Assembly: GCA_016700095.1 (NCBI GenBank)
Contig: CP065002.1
Span: forward strand, 368,463 to 432,462
Source of the DNA: Candidatus Woesebacteria bacterium
GTDB lineage: Bacteria; Patescibacteriota; Microgenomatia; UBA8517
Direction of reading: 5' to 3'
DNA: 64,000 nt
Shown here: positions 24,427 through 33,988 of the stretch, in pieces
Position numbering within the stretch: position 1 is the stretch's first letter
Layout of the letters: the number at the start of each line of letters is the position of its first letter
Program-made: the position numbers and the translations under genes
Notes under the pieces: generated by a model
Database searches by the model: none
What the model saw: only the letters and a program-made list of their open reading frames with translations
Told to the model about the DNA's origin: nothing

Positions 24427-24822
24427 TTATTCAACTTGTGATTTGGTCGTTGTGTGAGGAGAGGAAGTTGGTTGTGTGATTGGCGTACCATCATTAGGTA
24501 ATTTATCATCAGTTGTGTCCATGTTTACATTACTATCGTTGTTGATTTCAGGTGTTTTGGTGATGATAATTGTTGGGGTTGTAACAGTTGTCTTAGAATG
24601 AGTAGATATTTGGGTTTCGCTTGTGTTGGTGCTTACATTCCGGGACGAAATGAAATCAGCGGCATTTGTTTGCGCATACAGCCTGATTGGACTTTGATGA
24701 TCAATAATCAAGGCTGTGGCCAGAGTTATAAGTAGAATTGAAAATCTCAGTAGTGTTCCTCTGGAAGGTGATTTGAAGTTGATCATAATAATATATACAA
24801 ACCATGACTTATTAATTGGCAA
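24427..24822 (-). CDS. Hypothetical secreted Thr-rich low-complexity protein
   Basis: N-terminal hydrophobic signal/anchor followed by a T/S/N-rich sequence. Confidence 0.4.
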   Translation of the reverse strand: MPINKSWFVYIIMINFKSPSRGTLLRFSILLITLATALIIDHQSPIRLYAQTNAADFISSRNVSTNTSETQISTHSKTTVTTPTIIITKTPEINNDSNVNMDTTDDKLPNDGTPITQPTSSPHTTTKSQVE

Positions 24823-24946
24823 TATATCATAGTACTATTCTTTGTACAATATATGGAATTATAGAAATTTGACTTATAACCCGACTCTTGCCGTTACTTT
24901 ACATGAAACCCGTGGTGTTTATCTTCTAATATGACAAACAGGCTCG

Positions 24947-25201
24947 CTAACTAGTTGAATGGTGTGTATTGGTAAAATCCTTTAGACATTTTTTCCCTCG
25001 GCGTTTTGCGATAGCAAATTCGGGAGAGTTACAGCTAGCTTGATCAACTTGTGTTTGGAGAACCGAAGATTCACCCTTAGCTAGACCGGTAGTAAGATTA
25101 TGAATCTCTTGATCAATAATAAGTGCTTTTTGACATCCTCCATAACCTATACAGGTATCAGGGAATGGACATTTAGGTCCGGGTTCAAATTCTGTTGTCA
25201 T
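24947..25201 (-). CDS. Hypothetical small Cys-containing protein (start taken at the internal Met MTTEF...)
   Basis: ORF 24947..25300 in the track; the longer start would overlap the argS 5' end on the opposite strand, so the internal ATG near 25201 is preferred. No family recognised. Confidence 0.3.
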   Translation of the reverse strand: MTTEFEPGPKCPFPDTCIGYGGCQKALIIDQEIHNLTTGLAKGESSVLQTQVDQASCNSPEFAIAKRRGKKCLKDFTNTHHSTS

Positions 25202-25277
25202 ATCAGAAGTGATTATATAGTGATTGTAGTTATATATCGAATATGTTCTTGAAAGAAGGATATAGTACAATTGGAAT

Positions 25278-27020
25278 ATGGTTGAAAAAATAATATACAT
25301 TGCGCTCCAAAAAATTGTCGGCGAAGTTGAGTTTGATCTTGAAATTCCAGCTAGAAGCGAAAATGGTGATTACTCAACAAATGTTGCCATGAAATTGTTT
25401 GCCAATCTGAAAAACAAGCAACAGGATCTGGAAATAATGGGCGAGAAATTCGAAGTCGTAAGTCCCCGGAGTATTGCTGAATTAATAAGAGATAAGCTAT
25501 CAAAAGACGAGGAACTATCTACTTATATATCAAAAATTGAAGTTGCGGGAAGTGGATTTGTAAATTTTTATTTAAACAATGCATATTTGATTAATGTAAT
25601 TAAAGAAGTACTAGCCAAAGGTAGTAACTACGGTAAGAAAGCTTCAAATAATGGGAAAAGGGCGATTGTCGAATATTCATCTCCCAATATAGCCAAGCCG
25701 TTTACGATAGGACATTTGCGTTCAACTGTAATTGGAGATGCTTATGCTAATATGTTGGAAATGGTTGGGTGGGAAGTTCTTCGGGATAATCATTTGGGTG
25801 ATTGGGGTACACAGTTTGGTAAACAAATATATGCAATTAAAGCTTGGGGAAGCGAAACGGAAATCGAAAAATCCGAAAATCCGGTTAAAGATTTGGTTGC
25901 CTTGTATGTTAGATTTCACAAAGAGGCTGAAACAAATCCTGAGCTCGAAGACAAAGCGAGAGAGTGGTTTAAAAAATTGGAAAGTGGCGATGAGGAAGTG
26001 AGAAGACTATGGTTAAAATGCATCGATTGGTCGTTTAGGGAGTTTAGTAAAATATACAACGAGCTTGGAGTTAAATTTAGTGAGAAATTTAATGGCGGAA
26101 GAGGCCTGGGGGAGAGCTTTTTTGAGGACAAAATGCATGCCGTTATTGAAGAATTAGACAATAAAAGTTTTCTTAAAGTAGGTGAAGGGGGGGCCAAGCT
26201 TGTTTTCTTTGACAATGACAAATATCCACCTGCGATGATACTCAAAAAAGACGGATCAACATTGTATCATACGAGAGATTTGGCTACCGACAAGTATAGG
26301 AAAGATAATTTTGATCCGGATTTAATTGTGAATGAAGTTGGAGCTGAGCAACAACTTTATTTTAAACAACTTTTTGAAATGGAGAAGATGTTGGGATGGT
26401 TTGATCTTTCACAAAGAGTTCATTTGTTTCATGGAATGTTCAGATTTAAAGATAGAAAAATGTCGACAAGAAAAGGAAATGTTATTTGGCTCGAAGAAGT
26501 TTTAGAGCAAGCTATTTCTCGAGCAAGAGAGATGGGATCAAAGGTCAGCGAAACTGCAAAAATAATTGGTATTGGAGCTATTAAATGGAACGATCTTAAA
26601 CACGATCCAAAAGCTGATGTCGTATTTGATTGGGATGAAATACTAAACATGCAAGGAAATTCCGGTCCTTACATGCAGTACACATATGCAAGGTGCATGA
26701 GTGTTTTAGAAAAATCGGGGAGTAAAAGTGTCGGTTTAAGTAGCGATGGCACTTATCAACTTAACGCCGATGAACGAGAGATAACGACCAAATTATCCCA
26801 ATATTCTGGTACGATACTAATTGGGGTGAAAAATTACTCACCCAGTGTAATTTGCACCTATCTTTATAATTTGGCAAGTACTTTTAATAAATTTTACAAC
26901 TCCAACAAAATTGTCGGATCTGATAATGAGGAACTACGACTTGCATTAACAAAAGCTACTGCGACAGTAATAAAGTCGGGGCTTGATATTCTGGGTATAC
27001 AGGCTCCTGAGAGGATGTAG
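25278..27020 (+). CDS. argS: Arginyl-tRNA synthetase
   Basis: N-terminal Arg-tRNA-binding domain; class I HIGH-like SSPNIAKPFTIGHLRSTVIGD; C-terminal DALR anticodon-binding region; 580 aa. Confidence 0.85.
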   Translation: MVEKIIYIALQKIVGEVEFDLEIPARSENGDYSTNVAMKLFANLKNKQQDLEIMGEKFEVVSPRSIAELIRDKLSKDEELSTYISKIEVAGSGFVNFYLNNAYLINVIKEVLAKGSNYGKKASNNGKRAIVEYSSPNIAKPFTIGHLRSTVIGDAYANMLEMVGWEVLRDNHLGDWGTQFGKQIYAIKAWGSETEIEKSENPVKDLVALYVRFHKEAETNPELEDKAREWFKKLESGDEEVRRLWLKCIDWSFREFSKIYNELGVKFSEKFNGGRGLGESFFEDKMHAVIEELDNKSFLKVGEGGAKLVFFDNDKYPPAMILKKDGSTLYHTRDLATDKYRKDNFDPDLIVNEVGAEQQLYFKQLFEMEKMLGWFDLSQRVHLFHGMFRFKDRKMSTRKGNVIWLEEVLEQAISRAREMGSKVSETAKIIGIGAIKWNDLKHDPKADVVFDWDEILNMQGNSGPYMQYTYARCMSVLEKSGSKSVGLSSDGTYQLNADEREITTKLSQYSGTILIGVKNYSPSVICTYLYNLASTFNKFYNSNKIVGSDNEELRLALTKATATVIKSGLDILGIQAPERM

Positions 27021-27026
27021 AAGTAT

Positions 27027-27236
27027 TTAAATATCATCTAGTGGATCACAGGTAACTGTTTTAGCCCCTTGATTGTGCATATCCCGTATTAAGTTATCGG
27101 TGGGGTGTATGTCACCTGTTGGACAAAAACCAGGCCCCTTAACTTGAGCCGGTGTTTCTAAGCCCGGTTCATTGGGGTAATTTTTCCCTACAACTTCAAA
27201 TATTTTTTCAGGTTCAACTGCCATGATTGTTCTCAT
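27027..27236 (-). CDS. Hypothetical small protein
   Basis: ORF 27027..27314; internal Met MRTIMAVEP taken as the start to avoid overlapping the divergent ORF; no family recognised. Confidence 0.25.
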   Translation of the reverse strand: MRTIMAVEPEKIFEVVGKNYPNEPGLETPAQVKGPGFCPTGDIHPTDNLIRDMHNQGAKTVTCDPLDDI

Positions 27237-27340
27237 CGCTAGTATACCTGTTTTGTGAAAAATAATAAACTTGTTTACAAAAAGAAGTTTTAGCTTTAAA
27301 ATTGCACGTATCAAAGCTTTTTTCCGATTTAGTAACTAAT

Positions 27341-27589
27341 ATGAGTGGACCAGAATTACGTGACCAGTTAATTGAAGATTATGGTGAAGATAGGGTTAAT
27401 GCTGCAGAAAAAGCGGGGATAACAATCGCACCAAGAACCAAGCCTGAGGATTTTAATAACGAGAAACGCCCAAGGGGACACAAAGGTGTAAGAACACGTG
27501 GTAATCGCAGAAGCCGCAATGATGTTCTAGCTACGCAAAGGAGCGGGAAAAGAAGAGATGGTTATCCCAGAGGCGGCCATGTTCAGTAA
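27341..27589 (+). CDS. Hypothetical small basic protein (Arg/Lys-rich C-terminus)
   Basis: ORF 27302..27589; MSGPELRDQLIEDYG... then RPRGHKGVRTRGNRRSRN. Confidence 0.3.
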   Translation: MSGPELRDQLIEDYGEDRVNAAEKAGITIAPRTKPEDFNNEKRPRGHKGVRTRGNRRSRNDVLATQRSGKRRDGYPRGGHVQ

Positions 27590-27670
27590 GAGCAAGGCAT
27601 ACGACGTCAGTTCAAACCTCATTGAGAATGCTTTCAATGAACCCCAGGCAATGCTAAAATACCTCAGATT

Positions 27671-28948
27671 ATGATTTTTGAAAAAGCACATCTCGAGAAC
27701 GGACTTCGGGTAATTACCACGCCTTTGCCAAATATGGAAAGTGCGACAGTCACAATTTGGGTAAATACGGGTTCAAGATATGAATCGCCCAAAGTAGCCG
27801 GCATCAGCCATTTTCTGGAGCATATGGTTGCCAAGGGTACGACAAAACGTCCAACGGCAAAAATAATTGCGGAAACAATTGATGCGTTTGGTGGTGAGTT
27901 TAATGCTGGAACCACCAAAGATTGGACAAATTTCTATATTAAAACAAGAAAAGCCAAGTTGTCTCTGGCGTTTGATTTAATTTCCGACATGGTATTGGAT
28001 CCGCTTTTGAAAGACGAAGATATCGAGCGGGAAAAAGGTGTGATAGTTGAGGAAATTGGGATGTACGAGGATACACCCATGATGCACATTGATGATGTTT
28101 TCGAGCGCTTGATATTTAAGGGTCATAATTTGGGATGTGACATTATCGGAACAAGGAAAAGCGTTAAGGATATGACAAGGAATGATTTCTTGCGATATAG
28201 AAAAGCATATTATTGTAGCGATAATATTTTGGTGACGGTGTCGGGTGGAGTTGACGCCAAGACGGTTAATAAATTAGCTCAGAAGCATTTAAGTTCTTTG
28301 CCCAAACTACATCCGTCAGTATACAAAAAGTTTGTGCCAACGCAGAAAAAACCAAGAGTACTTTTAGAAGACAAAAAAGCAGAACAAGCGCATTTCATGT
28401 TGGGCTTTTTGGGTAGAAAACGTGGAGAGAAAGACAGATTTGCAGAAGCTGTTTTAACAACAATTCTTGGCGGAGGAATGAGTTCTCGTCTGTTTTCGGA
28501 GGTCCGAGAAAAAAGGGGATTGGCATATAGCATACGTACCAGTTCCGATCATTATGACGATACGGGCTATGTGGAAACTTATGCGGGTGTAGATCCAAAG
28601 AGAATCGACGAAGCACTGAAAGTAATTTTAGACCAAACTTACGGGCTAAGTAGTGGTGAGTACAAAATTACATCAACTGAGATTAACAAAGCAAAAGAGT
28701 ATTTGAAAGGGCATATTGCGTTATCTTTGGAGGATACAAAAGTTATTAATCATTTTTTTGGAATTCGAGAACTCAAACTTGGTAAATTAGAAACACCGCA
28801 AGATGTTTATGAAGGAATTGATAAGGTATCTTATGACGAGATTCTTGCAGTAGCACAAAGTATATTTAATCCCGAAAAACTGAATCTGGCAATAATTGGA
28901 CCATATAAGGACGATAGTAAATTTAAGAAGATAATTACAGGCAAGTGA
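27671..28948 (+). CDS. M16-family (pitrilysin/insulinase-like) zinc peptidase
   Basis: Inverted zinc-binding motif HFLEH followed by a downstream E; 425 aa with the two-domain M16 layout. Confidence 0.8.
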   Translation: MIFEKAHLENGLRVITTPLPNMESATVTIWVNTGSRYESPKVAGISHFLEHMVAKGTTKRPTAKIIAETIDAFGGEFNAGTTKDWTNFYIKTRKAKLSLAFDLISDMVLDPLLKDEDIEREKGVIVEEIGMYEDTPMMHIDDVFERLIFKGHNLGCDIIGTRKSVKDMTRNDFLRYRKAYYCSDNILVTVSGGVDAKTVNKLAQKHLSSLPKLHPSVYKKFVPTQKKPRVLLEDKKAEQAHFMLGFLGRKRGEKDRFAEAVLTTILGGGMSSRLFSEVREKRGLAYSIRTSSDHYDDTGYVETYAGVDPKRIDEALKVILDQTYGLSSGEYKITSTEINKAKEYLKGHIALSLEDTKVINHFFGIRELKLGKLETPQDVYEGIDKVSYDEILAVAQSIFNPEKLNLAIIGPYKDDSKFKKIITGK

Positions 28949-29042
28949 TAGGCATCCTTTAAAGGACAGACCTTTAAAGTGGTGACTTGCCGATGCCAAT
29001 TACTGCCTTGTATCTAGTTTCAAACGAATATATAATTTTGCT

Positions 29043-29669
29043 ATGTCGATAAAAACCAATCATCATGAGAAAAGTCTGGTACTTATTAAACCAGATGGTG
29101 TACAAAGAGGGCTTATCGGTGAGGTTATTACCAGGTTTGAACGAAAAGGCTTGAAAGTTGTTGCCATGAAAATGATTTGGCCTGACAAAAAAAAGGCAAT
29201 GGATCATTATTTTTGGTCTGACGAAGAAAAAGAAGCATCTGGTGGAAGAACTATCGAAGCATACAAAGCGCAAGGTTATAAAATCACCAAGTCGGCCAAA
29301 GAGTATGCGGAAGACGTACAAAGAAGACTCTACAGCTATCTTCAGACAGGACCGATTGTCGCTATGGTAATTGAAGGTGCGCATGCAATTGAGCATGTGA
29401 GGAAAGTTGTCGGCCACGGCAATCCTTTATCAGCAGACGTAGGATCAATCAGAGCTGATTTTACTATTGATTCGTATGTTGTGGCGGATGATGTGGATCG
29501 GGCGGCTAGAAATCTAATTCACGCATCGGGTAATCCCAGTGAGGCAGCACGAGAGATGTCAGTTTGGTTTAAAGACAATGAAATTGTCGATTACGACCTT
29601 GCGATTGAAAAGATACTTTATTCAAAAGAATGGGAAGATGAGCGTAAGGATTTAGTAAAAGGAGATTAA
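29043..29669 (+). CDS. ndk: Nucleoside diphosphate kinase, elongated
   Basis: LVLIKPDGVQRGLIGEVITRFERKGLKVVAMKM and NLIHASGNPSEAAREMSVWF (active-site His region); 208 aa with an insertion. Confidence 0.8.
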   Translation: MSIKTNHHEKSLVLIKPDGVQRGLIGEVITRFERKGLKVVAMKMIWPDKKKAMDHYFWSDEEKEASGGRTIEAYKAQGYKITKSAKEYAEDVQRRLYSYLQTGPIVAMVIEGAHAIEHVRKVVGHGNPLSADVGSIRADFTIDSYVVADDVDRAARNLIHASGNPSEAAREMSVWFKDNEIVDYDLAIEKILYSKEWEDERKDLVKGD

Positions 29670-29938
29670 TAATTAGTCATGGTACACATGGGTTTTTTCG
29701 ATTTTTAACTTCGTATTGGAAATTTAATATTCAATAATACACAGAAAATATCATACGGTTTTTTGCGGTTACCGATTTATATAATTCCCAGTAGGGTTAT
29801 TAACTCCAATTGCCGCATTGCTTGGTAAGACGGAATTAACAAAAGACTTGGAGCTTCTTGAGAAACTACTGTTAAAGGCAAGAATGTGTCGCAAAAAAGC
29901 AAACGGTCAATCCTTAAACAACGATTTATTAGGAAGAA

Positions 29939-30439
29939 TTATCCTTTAGTGAAGATGAATGTATAACCTCCAAACCCAACTGCAACTAGTCCAAATACCA
30001 ATAGCGCGATTGTGTAGCCTCCAAACCCCGCATCGGGAAGCGTTTGCGGTAAAGTTGCCGAGGGAGTTGCAGATTGTGTTGCAGATGAAGCGGGAACATC
30101 GTTTCCAATAGCTAATTTAAACGAAACAGTTTCAGATCCTGACATAACAGTTACCAAATGTTCACCAGCAGTCAGAGTTGTCGGTGTCAATGACCAAACA
30201 CCTGATGCGTTAGCAGTTGTATTTGTGGCTTTTGTGTCAATGTCAACAGTAACAGTTGAACCTGCTACGGCAGTTCCCGAGAGAGTTGGATTTTCCTTCG
30301 TATACCACCATGATGGATAAAATGTCCCCGATGTATCAAGTGATCCGATTGAGGTTACGGTAAGACTGGCTGCGTGAGCCAAGGAAACATAAGTAACCAA
30401 GAAAAACGATGCCAAAACTAAAGACAAGAACTTTCGCAT
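29939..30439 (-). CDS. Secreted cell-surface protein with a C-terminal LPxAG-type sortase sorting signal
   Basis: Signal peptide MRKFLSLVLASFFLVTYVSLAHA. C-terminus is LPDAG, then a hydrophobic stretch (FGGYTIALLVFGLVAVGFGGYTFIFT), then a KG tail. Confidence 0.6.
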   Translation of the reverse strand: MRKFLSLVLASFFLVTYVSLAHAASLTVTSIGSLDTSGTFYPSWWYTKENPTLSGTAVAGSTVTVDIDTKATNTTANASGVWSLTPTTLTAGEHLVTVMSGSETVSFKLAIGNDVPASSATQSATPSATLPQTLPDAGFGGYTIALLVFGLVAVGFGGYTFIFTKG

Positions 30440-30690
30440 AATTCATATTGTCAACAATTGGATGGTGTGTCAAGGGGAGAGAGAAAAATTATTTTGTGCT
30501 ATTGGTAGCTCCAGGTATATATCTTTACTTATATTTTTAAGAAATTGAAATGCAGTAAATATCGGAATGCGGGTATTTGTATCCGTATTGGCATATTAAC
30601 TTTGGTTCAGTATTAATTTTAATTATGTCTTTTAATGAGCAATCTATGACTAAACTTTGTAAATTCCGGTTAATTGATTTATAATTAGCC

Positions 30691-30978
30691 ATGAGTGAAA
30701 GGAAAGATCATGTAGGAACAACTGCCTGTGGAGAAAAAAGGGGGTTTAGCACTCGTGAAGAATTAGATGAATGGTGGACGGGTCATACAGAAACTTGTGA
30801 TCGTTGTTATGACTACACAATGGTAACTGTTCGCGGAACGGGTCCATCTCATCATCTCGAACCTCACAATCATGATGTCCAGGCAGCAGCAGACTATGCC
30901 AATAAACCACCTGGAGAAAGACAATATATACCCGCAAAAAAGAAGAGGGGGGGGAAAGGACCTCAGTTTATTTGGTAG
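30691..30978 (+). CDS. Hypothetical small protein (Cys/His-rich)
   Basis: 95 aa; CDRCYDY and HHLEPHNHD; no family recognised. Confidence 0.35.
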   Translation: MSERKDHVGTTACGEKRGFSTREELDEWWTGHTETCDRCYDYTMVTVRGTGPSHHLEPHNHDVQAAADYANKPPGERQYIPAKKKRGGKGPQFIW

Positions 30979-30980
30979 CG

Positions 30981-31265
30981 TTAATAAATCCACTCATCAT
31001 CATTAGTCTTGGGACTTTTCCTTTTTTTCGTAAGAGGTTCTTCTGCCCTGTTTTGCAAAGTGTGGCAAGTAAGGTTAGTCTCACGAAGATTTCCCCAATC
31101 TCCTTTACACAAGTCATTTAATTTATCATTGTATGCCCTGTCGAAATCTGTTGGTATGCCTGTTGATGTATTTACATCAGGCACAGGAACACGTATAACT
31201 CCCTCGTGTGTTTTTCCATCTCTTGTTGTTACTTTTAATAAGCCTATTTTAATTTCTCTTGGCAT
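30981..31265 (-). CDS. Hypothetical small protein
   Basis: 94 aa, convergent with the previous ORF; no family recognised. Confidence 0.35.
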   Translation of the reverse strand: MPREIKIGLLKVTTRDGKTHEGVIRVPVPDVNTSTGIPTDFDRAYNDKLNDLCKGDWGNLRETNLTCHTLQNRAEEPLTKKRKSPKTNDDEWIY

Positions 31266-31571
31266 TCGTGTGTTTAATAATTAATAATTGTTGGAATCAT
31301 GCAATTCTTGATATGGCATTAAAATTTAAAGACTTTACCTGCGCTCATAAGTTAGTGTAAGAAAAATCTAAGTTTATGTTAATTTTGATCCTCTGTCTGA
31401 GACTTCTAAATACTAAGCGGAATTATATACTTTCGTACGACGTATGTAAAACATCATGGCAAAATCTAGCATAGGAATAAGTGATTCATTCCGTAATTAG
31501 TAATTTCCGTAGCGAAATAGCTAAACCTGGATAATTATTTTTTTTACAAGTGCTGAAAAACCGTATCGTTA

Positions 31572-32675
31572 ATGAAAGCTGAAATATCACTTGGTCTATG
31601 TTGCAGATATAAACGCATATATTGGACTTTCAAGGTAAAAATTGAATATGTTTCTTCACACAAAAACAAATTAATGTATACTAAAAATATGTCTATCGTA
31701 GACACTGCTCAATTTAAGGAATTCGAGGGTTTTCTAATGGAAAATATTAACCTTCGGTCAAACGGTTTGATCAAAACGCTACCCGGTCTTGGGGTATCGT
31801 ACTTTATTAACAACTTCATCCAAGCTCATCGTGATTTAGATGCCAGACGTATTACGTCTATCGATGAAGATTTGGGGAACGTAAACATTCTTGATATGGA
31901 TTTTAATAAGAATCGCTATGCCCTCAAAGACGCAGACCATATTTTCAGGTTGAGCCGTGACGAGAAATTGGTTTTCTTGGTCGTAAATACACCGAATGAT
32001 TTACATAGTGAAGATTTTCGAACTAGTTACACCTCGGAACGGGTGTTTAATACGTATACTTTTAAAGTATTTGATAACGACAGTGCCCGTACATTTGCCT
32101 GGGAGATTTTACCAAACCTTCAGGAAGAGCAGTTTTTAAAAGCATATGCCTATTCAGGGGGGATAGCCAGATTAATAAAATACTTCATGGTGAGCACAGA
32201 CAGACTTGGTAATAGTGTGGATGAATTATTAGTTAATCAGACGCTGACGCATTTGATTGATCCGATTGCAGAAATTGTTACAGATACGCCCGAGAGTACT
32301 TTGCGTGAAATCGGTATAAAAACAGACGAAGGATACAAGGGTGAGATATTAAAAGCGTTTCTGAAACTTAGACCGCACGAAACGGGAAATGCGATTACGA
32401 TTGAAACCGATCTGACCTTTTTTGAGAATGGCCATAGGTCTGATGAAACGTTAATTAAACTTGAAAAAGATGTTTTGGAACATTTGATGAAGGAAGGCGT
32501 AATAACGCGCGAAAAAATAGCGGAAATTAAATGGGGGGAGAATAGTTATGATGATTTTTCCGATCAAGCGATAAACAAAAGCATTCAACGGCTTAACAAG
32601 AAACTAAAATATCACCAACTTACGGCAATTCCGAAAGTGGGGTACAAGCTGGAGGCTATAGATACTTCAATTTAA
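31572..32675 (+). CDS. Protein with a C-terminal OmpR/PhoB-type winged-helix DNA-binding domain and an unrecognised ~270-aa N-terminal domain (no receiver domain)
   Basis: C-terminus ...REKIAEIKWGENSYDDFSDQAINKSIQRLNKKLKYHQLTAIPKVGYKLE matches the trans_reg_C pattern (W-G...RLR.K......TV.G.GY.L). The true start may be the internal Met near 31674/31689. Confidence 0.55.
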   Translation: MKAEISLGLCCRYKRIYWTFKVKIEYVSSHKNKLMYTKNMSIVDTAQFKEFEGFLMENINLRSNGLIKTLPGLGVSYFINNFIQAHRDLDARRITSIDEDLGNVNILDMDFNKNRYALKDADHIFRLSRDEKLVFLVVNTPNDLHSEDFRTSYTSERVFNTYTFKVFDNDSARTFAWEILPNLQEEQFLKAYAYSGGIARLIKYFMVSTDRLGNSVDELLVNQTLTHLIDPIAEIVTDTPESTLREIGIKTDEGYKGEILKAFLKLRPHETGNAITIETDLTFFENGHRSDETLIKLEKDVLEHLMKEGVITREKIAEIKWGENSYDDFSDQAINKSIQRLNKKLKYHQLTAIPKVGYKLEAIDTSI

Positions 32676-32704
32676 AAGATTAGCGGCGGGGCGGGATGCA
32701 GGGG

Positions 32705-33474
32705 TGCAGGGTCCAACCCTGCAGACACGTTATTAATCGATTGACAACTCTTTCGACAAAGCAGGTGGTTCAAGATCGTTCATGAAGTTTTGATACGTAT
32801 TGTTTGATTTAATTTCAGTGAGTTTGGATTTCGAGAATATAGATAACACAATCTCTGGTTTAATCCAACTTCTTTTGCTCATTCCCAGATAATCAGAACA
32901 TGAAGAGTGCCAATTCGAAATGTCGGTAACAATTCCACGAGGATTTAAATGAATATATTTGGTTAGGTGGAGCAAGTATATGTCATTTTCGACAAGTGAA
33001 GCTCGATAATTACTTTGAAATAAAGTACCAACACGACTATATTTTTTATTAAAATACATTGAGTATCTTGTGGTTATAGAATGCATGAATTTTTCCATCG
33101 AATTTCTTAATTCTTGTCTAATTAATAAATGAAAGTGATTGGGCATCAAACAATATGAGATTAAATCAATCTCTTTTTCAAAGTTTTGAGGAAGTCGTTT
33201 GGGCACATCAAAACCATCAATATGTTGATGATATGGGGGAGTTAATGCTTCGACAAGGAGACAAGTGAACTTTTTGTAATCACTCGGGTCTAAAAATATA
33301 CTTCTTTTTTCTACACCACGGTTGTATACATGGTAATAGCTGTGGTCAGCATAAACTTTGACTACATTTCTTCGCGGCATCTCTTTGGTACTTTCATGTT
33401 AAATCAATATGTTAAGTAGTGCAACATATTACGATGGGGTGCAGGGTCCAACCCTGGCAGGGTTGGACCCTGCA
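32705..33474 (-). mobile_element. REPtron-like unit: Y1 HUH transposase gene flanked by REP hairpins (single REP 3' of the gene, inverted REP doublet 5' of it)
   Basis: tgcagggtccaaccctgca at 32705..32723 (hairpin: stem gcagggt/accctgc, loop cca). Doublet tgcagggtccaaccctg + gcagggttggaccctgca at 33440..33474. Transposase CDS 32733..33380 lies in between. Confidence 0.7.
32733..33380 (-). CDS. Y1 HUH transposase, IS200/IS605 TnpA / REP-associated tyrosine transposase (RAYT)-like
   Basis: MPRRNVVKVYADHSYYHVYNRGVEKRSIFLDPSDYKKF...LISYCLMPNHFHLLIRQ (HuH motif)...FMHSITTRYSMYFNKKYSRVGTLFQSNYRASLVENDIYLLHLTKYIHLNP matches the Y1 transposase family pattern; 215 aa. Confidence 0.8.
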   Translation of the reverse strand: MPRRNVVKVYADHSYYHVYNRGVEKRSIFLDPSDYKKFTCLLVEALTPPYHQHIDGFDVPKRLPQNFEKEIDLISYCLMPNHFHLLIRQELRNSMEKFMHSITTRYSMYFNKKYSRVGTLFQSNYRASLVENDIYLLHLTKYIHLNPRGIVTDISNWHSSCSDYLGMSKRSWIKPEIVLSIFSKSKLTEIKSNNTYQNFMNDLEPPALSKELSID

Positions 33475-33715
33475 GACTGCAGACAAAATACATACTGTGA
33501 GGCGGCAAGAGTACTTGAGCCGGGAGGACTTCTTATCCTGAACCGTATCGGAACAGAAACTACACACGAAGCACTTGCTGCAATGAATGGACTAAAACTA
33601 GTTTGACAAGATACCAGACCAGATACGATGTCTCGTGATGCAGTATTTATCAAACCCCTCGAAACTTTTCCGCATGAGGTATAAATACTGTTAGTACTAT
33701 AGACTTTTGTAAAAT

Positions 33716-33988
33716 ATGTTAAATGTGTTAGAATATGATTCCCTCCTTAGAATAAAGTGCTTAACTAAAAACAATATGCCTGAAAGATTGACGGAAGAGG
33801 AGTTAGTGTCCTTAAGAGATAAAGCCACCAAAGCTGCGTGTGATAGTTGGCAAACTGCTGTGGTTGGTGGCGAAATTGTAGTTGGGTATGCGGTCCCGAC
33901 TACTAGGCAGTATTCATTGGAGAAAGAACGACAATATGGATTAAGAAGGAAAGTCCCGGAACCCGAACCTCCAATTTACACAGAGTAA
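33716..33988 (+). CDS. Hypothetical small protein
   Basis: 90 aa (likely start at the internal MPERLTEEEL); no family recognised. Confidence 0.3.
   Translation: MLNVLEYDSLLRIKCLTKNNMPERLTEEELVSLRDKATKAACDSWQTAVVGGEIVVGYAVPTTRQYSLEKERQYGLRRKVPEPEPPIYTE

Noticed and set aside
28951-28997. Nested palindromes after the M16 peptidase gene (ggcatc...gatgcc enclosing the perfect 12-mer tcctttaaagga), and a catg-gtaca-catg + T-tract after ndk (29678..29698), considered as terminators
   Set aside because: The first has no U-tract and a 33-nt loop. The second has only a 4-bp stem. Either may be weak attenuators, but the evidence is insufficient to call.
33409-33653. ORFs 33409..33606 (+) and 33429..33653 (-), and also 34604..34852 (-)
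   Set aside because: Their only conserved content is the translated REP palindrome (...GVQGPTLAGLDPA...). They overlap one another on opposite strands and have no start-site context.
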